From Octopus bimaculoides (lineage: Eukaryota), in the NCBI RefSeq assembly GCF_001194135.2, contig NC_068985.1:78716729-78765703 (forward strand): 48,975 nucleotides of DNA, in the 5' to 3' direction. The translations under genes were made by a program, and so were the position numbers. The notes under the pieces are model-generated. The model made no database searches, had not been told where the DNA came from, and was given only the letters and a program-made list of their open reading frames with translations. Shown here one piece after another: positions 1 through 12,305 of this stretch. Every line of letters starts with the position of its first letter. Positions within the stretch are counted from its first letter, which is position 1.

Positions 1-117
1 AAGCCTAGTACTTATTCTATCGGTCTCTTTTGCCGAACCGCAAAGTTACGGGGACATAAACACACCAGCATCGGTTGTCAAGCGATGTTGGGGGGACAAA
101 CACAGACACACAAACAC

Positions 118-148
<31 letters not shown>

Positions 149-312
149 CGACGGGCTTCTTTCAGTTTCCGTCTACCAAATCCACTCACAAGGCTTTGGT
201 CGGCCCGAGGCTATAGTAGAAGACACTTGCCCAAGATGCCACGCAGAGGGACTGAACCCGGGACCATGTGGTTGGTAAGCAAGCTACTTACCACACAGCC
301 ACTCCTACGCCT
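1..312 (-). mobile_element. tRNA-derived SINE, family A (3' end cut by window edge)
   Basis: Reverse complement of the full copy at 39071-39488. Head AGGCGTAGGAGTGGCTGTGTGGTAAG...CCGGGTTCAGTCC has A/B-box-like motifs; internal (TA/CA)n tract. Confidence 0.85.
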
Positions 313-417
313 ATATATATTCACACATATATATACAAACGAGTAAGCACATAAATGCAAAACAAGATGGAAACAATAATTCTCGAATACCGAAGGTAGA
401 GTAATATGCTGTTTTAT

Positions 418-553
418 TAAAGCTGCAAAAAACATCACAAAAAAACTGTGAATCAGAGTTTCACGTTTCTGTTCGTCAGACAGTTGTGATCAAGACTGAA
501 ATTAAACTGTGATGGTCCATCACACAGTTTTTTGTGACGTTTTTGCAGCTTTA
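418..553 (-). ncRNA. Type-I hammerhead ribozyme motif (slightly degenerate) within a long stem-I inverted repeat; probable PLE pseudo-LTR
   Basis: Minus 487-445: AACTGT-CTGACGA-ACAGAAACGT-GAAA-CTCTGA-TTC-ACAGTT. Stem I is 6 bp perfect; ~30-bp inverted arms at 418-450 and 522-553; AATAAA immediately downstream on minus. Confidence 0.6.
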
Positions 554-779
554 CACACACACACTTACACACACACAGATATGTATGTATGTATTACGTC
601 ATAAGAATTTTATAAACTTTCTAGAAAATATGAAATTATTTTGTGACTGGAGAGAGTCATATTGTATAATGCCTTATTACATAACACACTCATCGCTCCT
701 ATTTCCACTCATTTACTATTTATGTTTTTTTCTCCCAAAAGTTTCGTTGTTTTTGCAACCTTGTCAATGAATGTTGACC

Positions 780-1233
780 CTTATTGGAGCCGCGTTCTTT
801 ATTTGTCTGTTTGTGCGCATGTGTGTGCGTCAGCGTGTATGTGTGCTTGTGAATGCACGTATGTATGTATGTATATCTATGAATGTATGTACGCATGTAT
901 GTATGTATGTATGTATGTATGTATGTATGTATGTATGTATGCGTGTATACATGTATGTATGTATGTATATATGTATGCGTGTGTGCACGTACGTATGTAT
1001 GTATATATGTATTCTGCATATTCATGTGTTTGTGCGTGCATGTTTGTGTGTTTGTATGTATGTATGCGTGTGTGTGTATTCGTGTGTACCTCTGTCTCCT
1101 TGTGTGTGCGTGTTTGAGTGTTTGGGTTTGTGTGACTATGTACGTGCGTCTGTTATGTATGGATGTGTGTTTCCGTATGTATTTTTGTGTGTATGCGTAT
1201 GTGTGGAATGTGTGTGTGTATGGTTCCGTCTCC

Positions 1234-1267
<34 letters not shown>

Positions 1268-1270
1268 GCT
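780..1270. repeat. Compound (TATG)n/(TG)n microsatellite
   Basis: Direct reading; explains the overlapping CV/MY/HT pseudo-ORFs. Confidence 0.95.
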
Positions 1271-1500
1271 TCTTTTTTGGAATAGTGGTTCTGGAAGATT
1301 ACATAATGCTATAAATAATAGCATGTTATAATTNNNNNNNNNNNNNNNNNNNNNNNNNNNNNNNNNNNNNNNNNNNNNNNNNNNNNNNNNNNNNNNNNNN
1401 NNNNNNNNNNNNNNNNNNNNNNNNNNNNNNNNNNNNNNNNNNNNNNNNNNNNNNNNNNNNNNNNNNNNNNNNNNNNNNNNNNNNNNNNNNNNNNNNNNNN

Positions 1501-1533
<33 letters not shown>

Positions 1534-1968
1534 CGCGCACACACACACACACACACAACCGCACACACACGCACGCACGACACGAACGTGTGCGCACACA
1601 CACAGGCACACATCGTGAATTAAGCACAATATCTTACATGGAAACTTTCCTAGGTTTTGATCTACTGATTTTGTATGAAATCCTATTCCATTGAGTCGTT
1701 ATTAACCTGGAATCTATCTTAGTCAAGTAGAAAAATAAATTTACAGTCACCGCCAGCCTTGAAATACGAACTTTTGTTTCATGGATCCGGTTGCTTTATT
1801 CCTTCAGTTATTGTCTCCGACAATCAAGATGAAATATCTAAACTTTGGTCGATAAAGATTTTATTGTTTAGTCAAAGTAGGAAGGGCGACGTTCACGACC
1901 TTCTTTTCACGACTTTGTCGCAGATAATATTGGCTAACCCGTTTCTTCTAATCTCAGGGCCTCGAAAA

Positions 1969-2088
1969 CTAAGAGAAAGGAATGAAGATATTCAGATTGG
2001 AGACCTGACTAAGAGAAAGGAAGGAAGATATTCAGATTGGAGACCTGACTAAGAGAAAGGAAGGAAGATATTCGGATTGGAAACCTGA
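1969..2088 (+). repeat. Three tandem copies of a 40-bp unit
   Basis: CTAAGAGAAAGGAAGGAAGATATTCAGATTGGAGACCTGA x3 with 1-2 substitutions per copy. Confidence 0.9.
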
Positions 2089-2149
2089 CCTGAATGCTTG
2101 CAGCAGAGTGGAATACGCTAAAAACACATAAAGGCCATGGGTACGTACA

Positions 2150-2730
2150 AAATCCCACTGACGACATGCCCAATATTCAATATCCAGGGTTTCATCACCC
2201 CTGAGGGAGGAAACCCGCCTTGGACTCCTACCACCGTCTGTCTCTGGCCAGTTGCGGCCATGTAGGCACCCAGGTAGCGGTGAGATCATCACCATCTTGT
2301 CTTTGGTTGGCTTTTTGATCTTGTCTATCGTCTTGGTGTCCATTCCGGCACGCTGATTGGCCATCTGTTGTCCTTCAGTCGCGTGATGCAGCCAGCTCAT
2401 TTGTATTTGTTATCCTTAGTGATTCTTATGATGTCGTTGACTCTCGTATGCTGTAGCATCCAGGCGTTGGTTTCCTTGTCCCTGCAATGTGATACCGAGC
2501 ATGATTCGTTCCGTTTTCCGTTGGACTACAATGAGGGCATTCATGATGGTTTTGAGAGCCCATGTTTCACTGCTGTAAATCATTACTAGCAGGATGTACT
2601 CGTTGAAGATCTTTCTCTTAATTTTCATGGAAGCCTTGGGACTTTTCATGAGATTTTCCAGCTTCTCAAAGGCCGCCCAACCAAGAATTATTGTTCTTTT
2701 GATTCCTTTGGTGACAACATACCCACCTGA
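2150..2730 (-). mobile_element. 5'-truncated RTE-clade LINE, C-terminal ORF remnant
   Basis: Translates to IILGWAAFEKLENLMKS...KRKIFNEYILLVMIYSSETWAL...QRKTERIMLGITL and, after frameshifts, WPQLARDRRWW. This is the typical post-RT region of RTE elements. Confidence 0.8.
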
Positions 2731-2857
2731 CAATATTCTCACTGAAAAAAACCCAAAAAAACCTTGCATAGTAAAAAGTAAAACATCTTAAAGAAAGCTT
2801 CCAGTAACTTCTAAATTCCTTTCCGATTTACAATGTTATCATTATTTGTGAAACAGT

Positions 2858-3300
2858 AAGATGGTGGACTGGCTGAATCGTTAGAGCGTCAGACAAATGT
2901 TTTGCGGTATTTATTCCAGTTCATTATGTTCTGAGTTCAAATTCCAACAGAATCAACTTTGTCTTTCTTCTTTTCAGGGTTGATAAAATAAAGAACCATT
3001 CGAGTTCTTTATTGGAGTTGTTGGTATCGACTAACCCCCACCACCTAATCTCAGGGCGTGTACCTATTGCTAGAAAGAATTTATTAGAGAAAATGTAGGG
3101 TGATAAATCGGCAGAATTGTTAGAGCATCGGACAAAATGCCTTGTGGCATTTGCTCCGGCTGTTTGTGCTCTTGGTTCAAATCCCACTGTAGTGAATTCC
3201 TTACAGGTCGATGAAATAAAGTACGTACCAATTTAGTATTGAGTCGATATGTGATTGTCCCATTTCCCCGAATTTCTGGCTTTGTGCCAAATAAAATAAA
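2858..3300 (+). mobile_element. Two tandem degraded tRNA-derived SINEs, family B (CTTTCATCCTTTCGGGGTCGATAAA-type core)
   Basis: Head CTGGCxGAATCGTTAGAGC, GAGTTCAAAT B-box-like motif, core ...CAGGGTTGATAAAATAAAG; homologous to the many minus-strand copies at 46.3-48.6 kb. Confidence 0.75.
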
Positions 3301-4039
3301 ATCACCAACTAATTTTACGTCATAGTGGAAAATATACGTAACAATAAAAATGGCGGAGAAAAATTATGTTATCATAGTCACTTACATATACACAGGAAAC
3401 TTTGCATCTTCTTCGATAAACCGATAGATAGAACTTTAAACAAATTTTTTATTTTACTAGGTTTTTCTCTTTGGAAATTTTGTCATGTGGCGTTCAAACA
3501 GTTCAACCTATTAAGTATACTACACAACATGTATAGCACACAAAGTAATATTTAAAAAGAAATACACGATATACAATCTCAAATCTGTGTATATTGAATA
3601 AATTGATTTTGTAAGATTATGATATAATTTTCTGTTAGTTACTACTTTTGATGTTTCACCCAAATATCTGATATAATGATATTATGTTGTTATGAATGTG
3701 GTAACACATGGCGAAATCTTCAAAAATTCAACAATAGACTTTGAAATGTTAAAAGATTTTTCCATCCAGCTGTCTATAACAGTCAGTTAATAATTGATTG
3801 TCAGGAAAACTTTAGCAAGATCAGACAGACCTTTTGACAGATCAAGGAAGTTGTAGTGGTAGTTTATGCAATCTTTATAATGAAGCTACTGCATCAATTT
3901 ATCAATTCTGTCAAGCCATAAACTGAGGACAAGAAATGGAAGTAAATATTTACTCGTATAATAGACGATAAAGCAACGGTCATTGTATGGTATCTTGTCG
4001 TTAGTGGCGACCGTAAAAATCATTAGAATATATGTATGT

Positions 4040-4317
4040 GTTGTGTGTGTGTGTGTGGACGTACGCGCGTGTATGTATATACATATATATGTATGTACGT
4101 ATTAAATATGCGTGAGTGTGTATATATATATACATACATACATACATACATACATACATGATGGCAGCCCCCTCGTTATCGAGTATGGCCATACATACAT
4201 ACATACATACATACATACATACATACATACATACATACATACATACATGTATACACTCACACATATAATACATGTACATCTAAAGATATAAATGTATTTG
4301 TATATATATATATATAT

Positions 4318-4348
<31 letters not shown>

Positions 4349-4350
4349 AA
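4040..4350. repeat. (TACA)n/(TA)n/(CA)n microsatellites
   Basis: Direct reading. Confidence 0.9.
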
Positions 4351-4559
4351 TAAACTTATGGAACTTCCCACGAATAGACATGGCTTTTGATTTGTAAAGT
4401 GAAGTGTGAGTGAGATATGGCTGCTGTTGAGTGGTCGCTTAGATGTTACTTCTAGGTGAATCATAAGAGAAGATGCAGCGCCCACACATTTTGAAAACGC
4501 CTACGAAACTTGCGAGACTGATGGGGCTGACACTAGGCCTGAATATTTGCAAGTTACTA

Positions 4560-4830
4560 CCTTCATGCGAAATGTGAACGAATCTGATTGCTTGCGATGC
4601 ACGCGATGGTAAGAAATCGCCTTAAAGTTCCAAGGATCAGATTGTCTTGTAAAACCAGGAAGCTTGTTAGACTGTCATCCAAGGTTAGGTTTACCCAAAG
4701 TGGAAGTGAAATGAATAGTTTGTATCGGAACGGTAAAATGTTCAGACTTGTCGGCAAAATAACAACAGGTAGTTCTCAAGCTTGGCGAAGTTATTCGCTT
4801 CCTATTATTACTCACCTGCCGAATACTCGT
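4560..4830 (-). mobile_element. Possible hAT (Buster/Charlie-like) transposase C-terminal remnant
   Basis: KLFISLP...GTLRRFLT...ASNQIRSH* loosely matches the hAT dimerisation-domain end (GDLRLFLT...HQxHPSH). Weak and degraded. Confidence 0.3.
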
Positions 4831-5111
4831 AAAGCGGAAAATATTTAAAACAAAGAAATGAGCAACGAATGAATGCAGTTTAAGATACCACGTTAAAGTG
4901 CGCTGGCTGACAACAAAATGGTGCGTTGAATTCAAGAAGATGTGACGGTACAGAGCACAGAAAACCGGGCTTTACTGATTCTCGCCAGCGCAATTTAATG
5001 CGTATTGATGCGCTCGGATAACGTTCATGAATATCACGCTTTGAGATACATGTGAGTTTTTATAAAATTATAAACAGTAAAATTTCGTGGCCATCTATGA
5101 ACTGTTTTACT

Positions 5112-5195
5112 CAAGAACACAACGCACCACCCAGTTTAGGAATTGAAATCACGATCTTGCGATCGTAAGTGCAGCACCCTAACCACAAGGCCATA
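5112..5195 (-). mobile_element. tRNA-like SINE head fragment, family C
   Basis: Similar to 9770-9852 and to the head at 43688 (TGGTTAGxGxGCTGCACT...GATCGTGATTTCAATT). Confidence 0.6.
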
Positions 5196-5315
5196 CATAC
5201 ATACATACATACATACATACATACATTCGTACGTACGTACATTCATACATAAGGACACTATAATGAAATCTGTCGGAAGGATAATCCCGAGGATAAAGAA
5301 ATAAAACCCCACAAC

Positions 5316-5729
5316 ATGGTAGAAGCCACAACCACTCGTAATGAAATGGAATACTGGTGGAATGTACCAGTGAAGTCCTCAATAAAATGTAAGCACAACA
5401 GACCTGATATAATGATTTGGGATAAGGAGAAACTGTGCACAGTTGTGGAAATTAGCTGCCCAGCGGATGTTAACATAAAGCTGAAGATCAGTAGAAAAGA
5501 GAACACCTATGCTGAACTACTGAGAAATCTGCAGCTACTCAATCCAGATTACAAGTTCAGATTTATACCTGTAATTATTGGAGCCCTGGGATATGTAACA
5601 CACTGCCTAAATACCAATCTTGAGAAATTAGGCTTCTCAAAACCAGAAAGGAGAAAGCTAATTCGAAGACTACAGATCCAATGCATCACTGGAACTGTAA
5701 AACTCTGTAAAACTTTCCAGAAGTTTATC
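5316..5729 (+). mobile_element. R4/Dong-like non-LTR retrotransposon, restriction-like endonuclease domain fragment
   Basis: Open frame EYWWNVPVKSSIKCKHNRPDIMIWDKEKLCTVVEISCPADVNIKLKISRKENTY...FIPVIIGALG...GTVKLCKTF contains the PD-(D/E)xK-type RLE motif; runs into an N gap. Confidence 0.8.
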
Positions 5730-6294
5730 NNNNNNNNNNNNNNNNNNNNNNNNNNNNNNNNNNNNNNNNNNNNNNNNNNNNNNNNNNNNNNNNNNNNNNN
5801 NNNNNNNNNNNNNNNNNNNNNNNNNNNNNNNNNNNNNNNNNNNNNNNNNNNNNNNNNNNNNNNNNNNNNNNNNNNNNNNNNNNNNNNNNNNNNNNNNNNN
5901 NNNNNNNNNNNNNNNNNNNNNNNNNNNNNNNNNNNNNNNNNNNNNNNNNNNNNNNNNNNNNNNNNNNNNNNNNNNNNNNNNNNNNNNNNNNNNNNNNNNN
6001 NNNNNNNNNNATATATATATATATATATATATATATACAGCTACTAACCTTTTCGCATGACTCTCACACACATCACTCACATAATCACAAGCACATACGC
6101 ACACAAATACTACCACACGCACACATACACACACACTCACTCACACACACATTATCCATTTTTGCATTCTCCTGCCTTTAAAAACCACTTCATATCCATC
6201 CACTTCCGGCCAGTTATTTTTCAACCATGTAACAGCACACGTACTTTTCTCGGACTGTTATTTTCTTTCTCTCTGGATTTTTTTCTCCTTTCCT

Positions 6295-6330
6295 CTTTCT
6301 GACGAAGAGTTATGCTCGAAACGTCACACC
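6295..6330 (+). ncRNA. Minimal type-I hammerhead motif, stem I degenerate
   Basis: CTGACGA(6299-6305)-A-GAGTTATGCTC-GAAAC-GTC; palindromic ACGT stem III; flanking stem I poorly paired. Confidence 0.55.
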
Positions 6331-6449
6331 CACTTTTTTTTTCCAACTTAACTTTTGTATGAGTGTCAATCTGATACATCCACTGTGTACATCCTCTTGA
6401 CTTTTGCTGTTCTTTGCTTTTTTTACTTTTGATTTGCTTATATATACAT

Positions 6450-6573
6450 AGGACTGACTTCGATACAATTTCTATCTACCAAATTCACTCACAAGATATT
6501 GGGCGGCTCTGAGATACAGTAGAAGACACTTACCCAAGGTATCGCGCATTGGAACTGAACTCGATACCACGTG
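6450..6573 (-). mobile_element. Degraded 5' part of SINE family A
   Basis: Matches 150-270 (TCTACCAAATTCACTCACAAG...AGTAGAAGACACTTACCCAAGG). Confidence 0.7.
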
Positions 6574-6984
6574 CCTGAAATTGACCAGAGAACTAACAAA
6601 GTTGATTGACATCGATGAGAGATATTTCACCAAGAATCAACACCAAAAATAGATACTGAAAAGATCACACGACATTATTAGAAAATATTTGTAGCAGACT
6701 TGCAGAAAACTGACATTATCTATTTTTTGACTCCTTCACCAAAGTCCTTGAGGATGGAAGAGACTTCTCTTAGCTGAATCTTAAAACTTGAATCTGTGAC
6801 ACGATCAATGCCGAAATTTTATAATAACTATGGTGATTTCTGACATAGTCTTAAGGTTACACATTTCTGTGTAAATCGATTTAATCGATCACAGTACTTG
6901 ACTGGTAAATTACATTATCGATGACCAGGAAATCGACCTCGGCTAGATTTGAAATCCGTATATGAAATGACATCATTAATAGTT

Positions 6985-7400
6985 AAGAATGGTGTGTCGA
7001 CAGAATCGTTAGAGCGTCGAGAAAATTGCTTTGTGGTATTTAATTACACCCTTTTCTTTCCGCGGTTCAAATCCTGCTGCAGTCGACTTTACTTAAGTAC
7101 CAGTCAAGTAATGAGGTCGATATAATTAACTGTTCCCTTCTCCCAAAACTTCTGACCTGATGCCTATATAGGAAATTATTCAGGGCAGTGGATTGGTAAA
7201 ATTATTAGAGCGTCGGACCAAATTCCTTGCAGTATTTATTTTGGATCTTTACGATCTGATTTCAAATCCCAATGAGATGAACTTCGATTTTTATCCACCC
7301 GAACAGTTAAAGTACCTGTTAAGTATTTAGGGTTGATGGTAGCGACTAATTTCATCCACCAGCGCTCCCAAACCTCAGGCCTTGTCTTGATGTTATAAGT
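6985..7400 (+). mobile_element. Two tandem SINE family B copies
   Basis: CAGAATCGTTAGAGCGTCG heads, GGTTCAAATCC, GTCGACTT core, TAAGTACC. Confidence 0.7.
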
Positions 7401-7440
7401 AATCATCATCATCATCATCATCATCATCATTATTATTATT

Positions 7441-7950
7441 GAGTGAGAGAGCAACGCATGCCATCAAAGTGATACTGGAGTACAAATATGCGAATCCCAG
7501 TATACTAATTATGACTACCCGTCTGATAAGGGTACACTGGATACATGCTTCACAACCATATGTGTGCCACATAGTGATTTCATATCAAGTGCATGACCTT
7601 GCAGGTTGGGCCCAGTTAGAATTTTCTTTAGGTCGAGTAGACCATCCCGCTCAAATGGTCCCTGAATAAGGTTTGTTTAAGGATGTTGAACAAAACACCC
7701 ATGTTTCCAGAGGTGAGTTATTCAAACCCGAAAGAATTCCTCTCAACACATGGCTATAATGCTTCCCAACTACTTCTGCTCGTGATCAGAGATGTGCATA
7801 TCATCAACCACTAAGGGACATGCTCAACTGGTTAAAGTCAAGCAACTGACAAGTAAATCCGTTATACTGAGCAAAATATTTGTTGTAGCCTATCTTTTAT
7901 ACCAAGACAAGATCAAAAGCCACGAGAACCCATGGCTGGTACTGCATCAA
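7441..7950. mobile_element. Unclassified ~520-550-bp interspersed repeat embedded in (ATT)n; copy 1
   Basis: Colinear reverse complement of 37903-38442 apart from small indels; flanked by (ATC)n(ATT)n and (ATT)n. Confidence 0.8.
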
Positions 7951-7952
7951 TG

Positions 7953-8007
<55 letters not shown>

Positions 8008-8733
8008 GTACCGACTTCTTCACAACTACTTTCACCTCGTTTGTGTTATCAAATCGTTGTCCCTGAAGACTCTTTCATTGGCTCCAACAGGTGGAAGTCG
8101 ACGGATTTAGATCTATCTAAGACAATTTGAACGTCAAGGACGGATCGATATAATTGACTAACCCTTCCCCTCAAAATTACTGGCCTTCTGCCAAGCGTAG
8201 GAAGAAATGCTTTGCGATGCTTGTTTTATTTGTTTGTTTTGACTGTTTCTTTTGGCTCTTTGCGCTCTGTTCAAATTCCGCCGAAATCAACTTTTGTCGG
8301 TCATCCTTTCGACGTCGAGAAAATGAAAAACCAAGGTCGATTGTAAACGCTAACTCTGAATCCTAAATATTGTTGGCCGTATACTTAAACCAGAACCTAT
8401 TATTATAGATTATGCAATTTTTATTTAGAAATAAAAGTTATATTCATAACATATATCTTAAAGACATTAGAAATATTACTAACAATAAGACATGACAAAA
8501 GCGGAATTTAAAAAAAAAAAATTTTTATTCTGCTGAATTTCAATTACAGTATTATAGGCTCAAGCTAATTGTATTTACATTTATATAGTGTTTAATGTGA
8601 TTGAAGTGGAAATTCTGTAAGAAAACAATAGAATTCAAAGTAAAAATGCTTTAAGAATACATTAAATTTATGTTGATTTTTCACGTTAAACTTAATTGTT
8701 AAATGAGATGCATTAATGAATTAGCCTTACACC

Positions 8734-8736
<3 letters not shown>

Positions 8737-8768
<32 letters not shown>

Positions 8769-8950
8769 CGCGCGCGTGCGTACATGTGTGTGTATGTGTG
8801 TGTGTGTGTGTGTGTGTACGTGTGTGTATGTGCGCTTGTTTTTTGCGAGTGTGTGTTTGTGTGTCGTGTGTGTGTTTGTGCGTGTATGTGTGTGTGCGTG
8901 CATGAATGTGTGTGTATATATACATAGGTACATATGTATATATAAGTATG
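8737..8950. repeat. (TG)n-rich microsatellite
   Basis: Direct reading. Confidence 0.9.
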
Positions 8951-9516
8951 TATGTATCACTTTCTAATATATAAAAACCTTGTATAAAAATTTTTAATGA
9001 ACACAATTGAAAATCATTGTTTTCGTAATATTGCTCAAAGAGTAGATCTGGAGATCAAATTCATTAACTTTCTAGCTAAAATAATCACCATCTTTACTTC
9101 TAAAAACAATAAATTGCTTTAATTATCACAAGTTTATTTTATTATAGAAGATTTACGTAAGTTGATAGAATTGATTGGAAGCAGTTGTTATAATTCATGT
9201 ATTTATATATTCATAATTTATATTCTTTATCCACCAATGTAGTGTTGAGCACTCGTTCTCACTGCTTGATATTAGCGTGTTTATAATTTATATTAATATA
9301 TATTCTTTATTATTTTTAGTTAATAAATAATAAAGAAAACATTATTTTTAATCGACAGAACTAGCAAAATGTCTTGAGGGACAAGAGTTTCGTGTTTAGC
9401 ACTAATCAAATTTTGATTTGCTTCTTAAACGCTTTTATGGAGTTTTCTTTTTATCTGCATAAGTACCATGAGGAAACTATTGGCTTTTGAGTCATTTTGC
9501 AAGTGATATCCAAATA

Positions 9517-9589
<73 letters not shown>

Positions 9590-9593
<4 letters not shown>

Positions 9594-9852
9594 TAGGACT
9601 CTCCCGTCGAAGACGACGTATAAGCATTCAACTTTTGCCGAACGACCCGCACAAATGATTTGCTTATAGTGATCAAATGTTCATACCGCACATCAGCTCA
9701 CTCTCTCCATCAAATCGACTTTGCCATTACAGGTGTACTCCGCGTCAGATGTTGAAGTGGTCGTAAAGCAACGCACCACCGAGCCTAGAAATTGAAATCA
9801 CGATCGCTAGATCGTGAGTGCAGCACCTGCCAACCACTAGGCAGTGCGCGCC
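9590..9852 (-). mobile_element. Degraded tRNA-head SINE, family C
   Basis: Minus head GGCGCGCACTGCCTAGTGGTTGGCAGGTGCTGCACTCACGATC...ATTTCAATTTCTAGGCTCGGTGGTGCGTTG. Confidence 0.55.
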
Positions 9853-10004
9853 ACCATCAACATGGCTGTTCAGTCGGAAACGACGTACCTATCGTTTTTA
9901 ACCCCAGGAGGAGCTTCCTCCAGCTGATCATATATGCAATCTGCACCCAAAATGTAGTGCAAGCGGGGGAGCGAACCCCTAGCATCTTCCAGCAGAGTTA
10001 CTTT

Positions 10005-10037
<33 letters not shown>

Positions 10038-10048
10038 ACATACATACA

Positions 10049-10079
<31 letters not shown>

Positions 10080-10194
10080 GTGTGTGTGTATGTGTGTGTA
10101 TGTGTGTGTATGTGTGTGTGTGAGTGTGTGTGTGTACTCCTTTATATACGTAGGCATCTTAAATTTAATTGACACCATCATGTTTGAAAACTGT

Positions 10195-10706
10195 ATTTCT
10201 CTGAATATTTGCTGGTCGAAGAAGAGGTTTCGTTCTAGTTGGTCTGCCGTACTAGCTAAGTTGATGGAGATAACTCACAGAAGTACTTCGACTCATTTGG
10301 AGTCGTTCTGCAGCATCAGCTACCTTACAACATGGATTATTCTCATGAACCCGCTTCACAGCTCGAAATCACCTTTCAGAGGGTCCAGGTCAACCTGAAC
10401 GGGGTGTTGCTAATTTCTTTCCTCTGCTGGTAAATTGTACAATCATTCTGTTTGACTGTGACAAGAAGAATCTCCAGGGTTTTTTGCAACCTTATGCTAA
10501 GTTCATCCTCAATAGGCCGTCATTGAAAAATCGGACAACTCTACGTATGGTGTTCATGGTTAGTTGTTATAAGCGATTAATATACTGTAACCTGAAATGA
10601 AAAATAAAAGCAGCAGGTAGTGTCCGCACAGTAAAAACACCAGGTAGTGTCCGCACAGATAAAACGGTTTAATGAAAGGCGTCTATTTATTTTTGAGGTG
10701 TCTGTG
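10195..10706 (-). mobile_element. Tc1-family DNA transposon, one end plus N-terminal transposase remnant
   Basis: Minus TA|CACAGACACCTCAAAAATAAATAGAC terminus; 18-bp subterminal direct repeat CAGGTAGTGTCCGCACAG x2; residual RAVKRVHENNP...RLQMSRST...GRPTRTKPLLRPANIQR. Confidence 0.55.
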
Positions 10707-12246
10707 TATACTTTAGCTCTATTTATCCTGCTTGATCTATTAAACCAACTAAAATATAAATTTTACTTTAAAATTGCAAGAATAAACTTGCAACCATAAA
10801 ACTATAGTAATTCTAGTAATAAAAAATATGAGCTCATGTTATAAACAGAATCTATCTCCAGATTTTTAGCCAACACTCTAATTTTCACTTATAGTCGTGT
10901 TTGTTGTCATTTTGTGATTTTATAGTCGCTATTTTTGTCAAATTTTCAGCTGTTTTAGCTACAATATTGTGGCAGTAAAGGGTTGTACGTGTTTTGCGAG
11001 ACACGGCAAAATTTAACATCTCGAGAAATAATGAAAAGTGAATAAGAAGTAAATTCATTTAAGTCGAATGTAACAATTTTTGTACACTGCAATTGGCTCA
11101 AAAGGCGTGTAATTCTTGTAGTCGAAAGTCAGCATGTATAATGACCAAATAATATAAGATCCAATTTTAGCAGCATTTCGCAGAGAAAGGATGTAATTCT
11201 TGAGCCGGAAGTCCATCAAGTATAAAATCAATGTGTATCGATGCATCGCACAAAATTATTGAAGAACGATATTAATTGGTTATTAAAACGGCCATTTATT
11301 TATATGATTATTATATTAGTCGTTACAATATAGAAGATATAACTTTCTTCGAGTTATAGTACATGTATCGTTTGCCGTAGCAGTACACAAACTGTTTCTA
11401 GTTCCATGGTCCATTGTGTATGGTAAGTTTCATCTATGAGTTACTACTAAAGGGAAAGGAAGTATAAGAGTGTCTCCGTAAATAGAAACAGTAAAACTTC
11501 TTGTATCGAAGATGTGTATTCTTGGTAGGGGCCAAATTACCAACAAGAAAGAGTTGGCTTTTGGTTGCGTATTTATATTCTTCGTAACTAAATTAGATTA
11601 AAATATAAAAAAAGGATATTCCCACTATATCAGCCTTAATCTGTGTATGATTCGTGAAAGATCAAAAAGTCAGTTTATTCTCATAACTTTCCTAATGCAA
11701 CAGGCGAAATTAATAGGCCGTTGACTTTTGTAAAAGTTGTGGATTAGATTTCTAATCCAAGAAATTTGGTAGTTCGCTACAAAAGCAAAAATGACGAAAC
11801 CTTAAGTGAAACCATATAAATCAAGGGACGAATGTTATATATTTTGTAGGTTTTTAAATGACACGATGAAATCTGTATATATATAAAAGAGAGGATGTGT
11901 GTGTGTGTACGTGAATGTGGTTTATGCACGTCCACAAATTAGCACGCATGTCGCTCCAATTTTAGGAGAAGATTCGGAATGACCCTATGTGCATTTTAGT
12001 GAACTTTCTCTCTCAGAGGTACCCGCGTATACCTGTAAAAATCGATAAACTTTTACCAATTTTGAAGTTTGTTGACATGGCGAAGTCAAATCTGTGCGTA
12101 TGCGCATGAAGTAGAGAGAGAGAAATTGTATGTTTGTGAGAGGGAGGGTGAAGGAGTGTTACATTTTGCTTGCCAGCGTGTGTGGTAAGCAGCANNNNNN
12201 NNNNTCTATCTCTATCTCTCCCTCCCTTACATACACATGCCAGTTA

Positions 12247-12305
<59 letters not shown>

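Noticed and set aside
662-1629. Long Cys/Val/Met/Tyr- and His/Thr-rich ORFs here and at other microsatellites
   Set aside because: They are translations of (TG)n/(TATG)n tracts, not genes.
4860-4940. Plus-strand YHVKVRWL resembling the hAT HTEVRWL motif
   Set aside because: Single short motif in the opposite orientation to the neighbouring putative hAT remnant; may be chance.
8055-8110. CTGAAGA...GAAGTCGAC hammerhead-like string (also minus 30870-30915 and plus 31637-31680)
   Set aside because: GAAA core, stem II or the cleavage triplet is missing; too degenerate to call.
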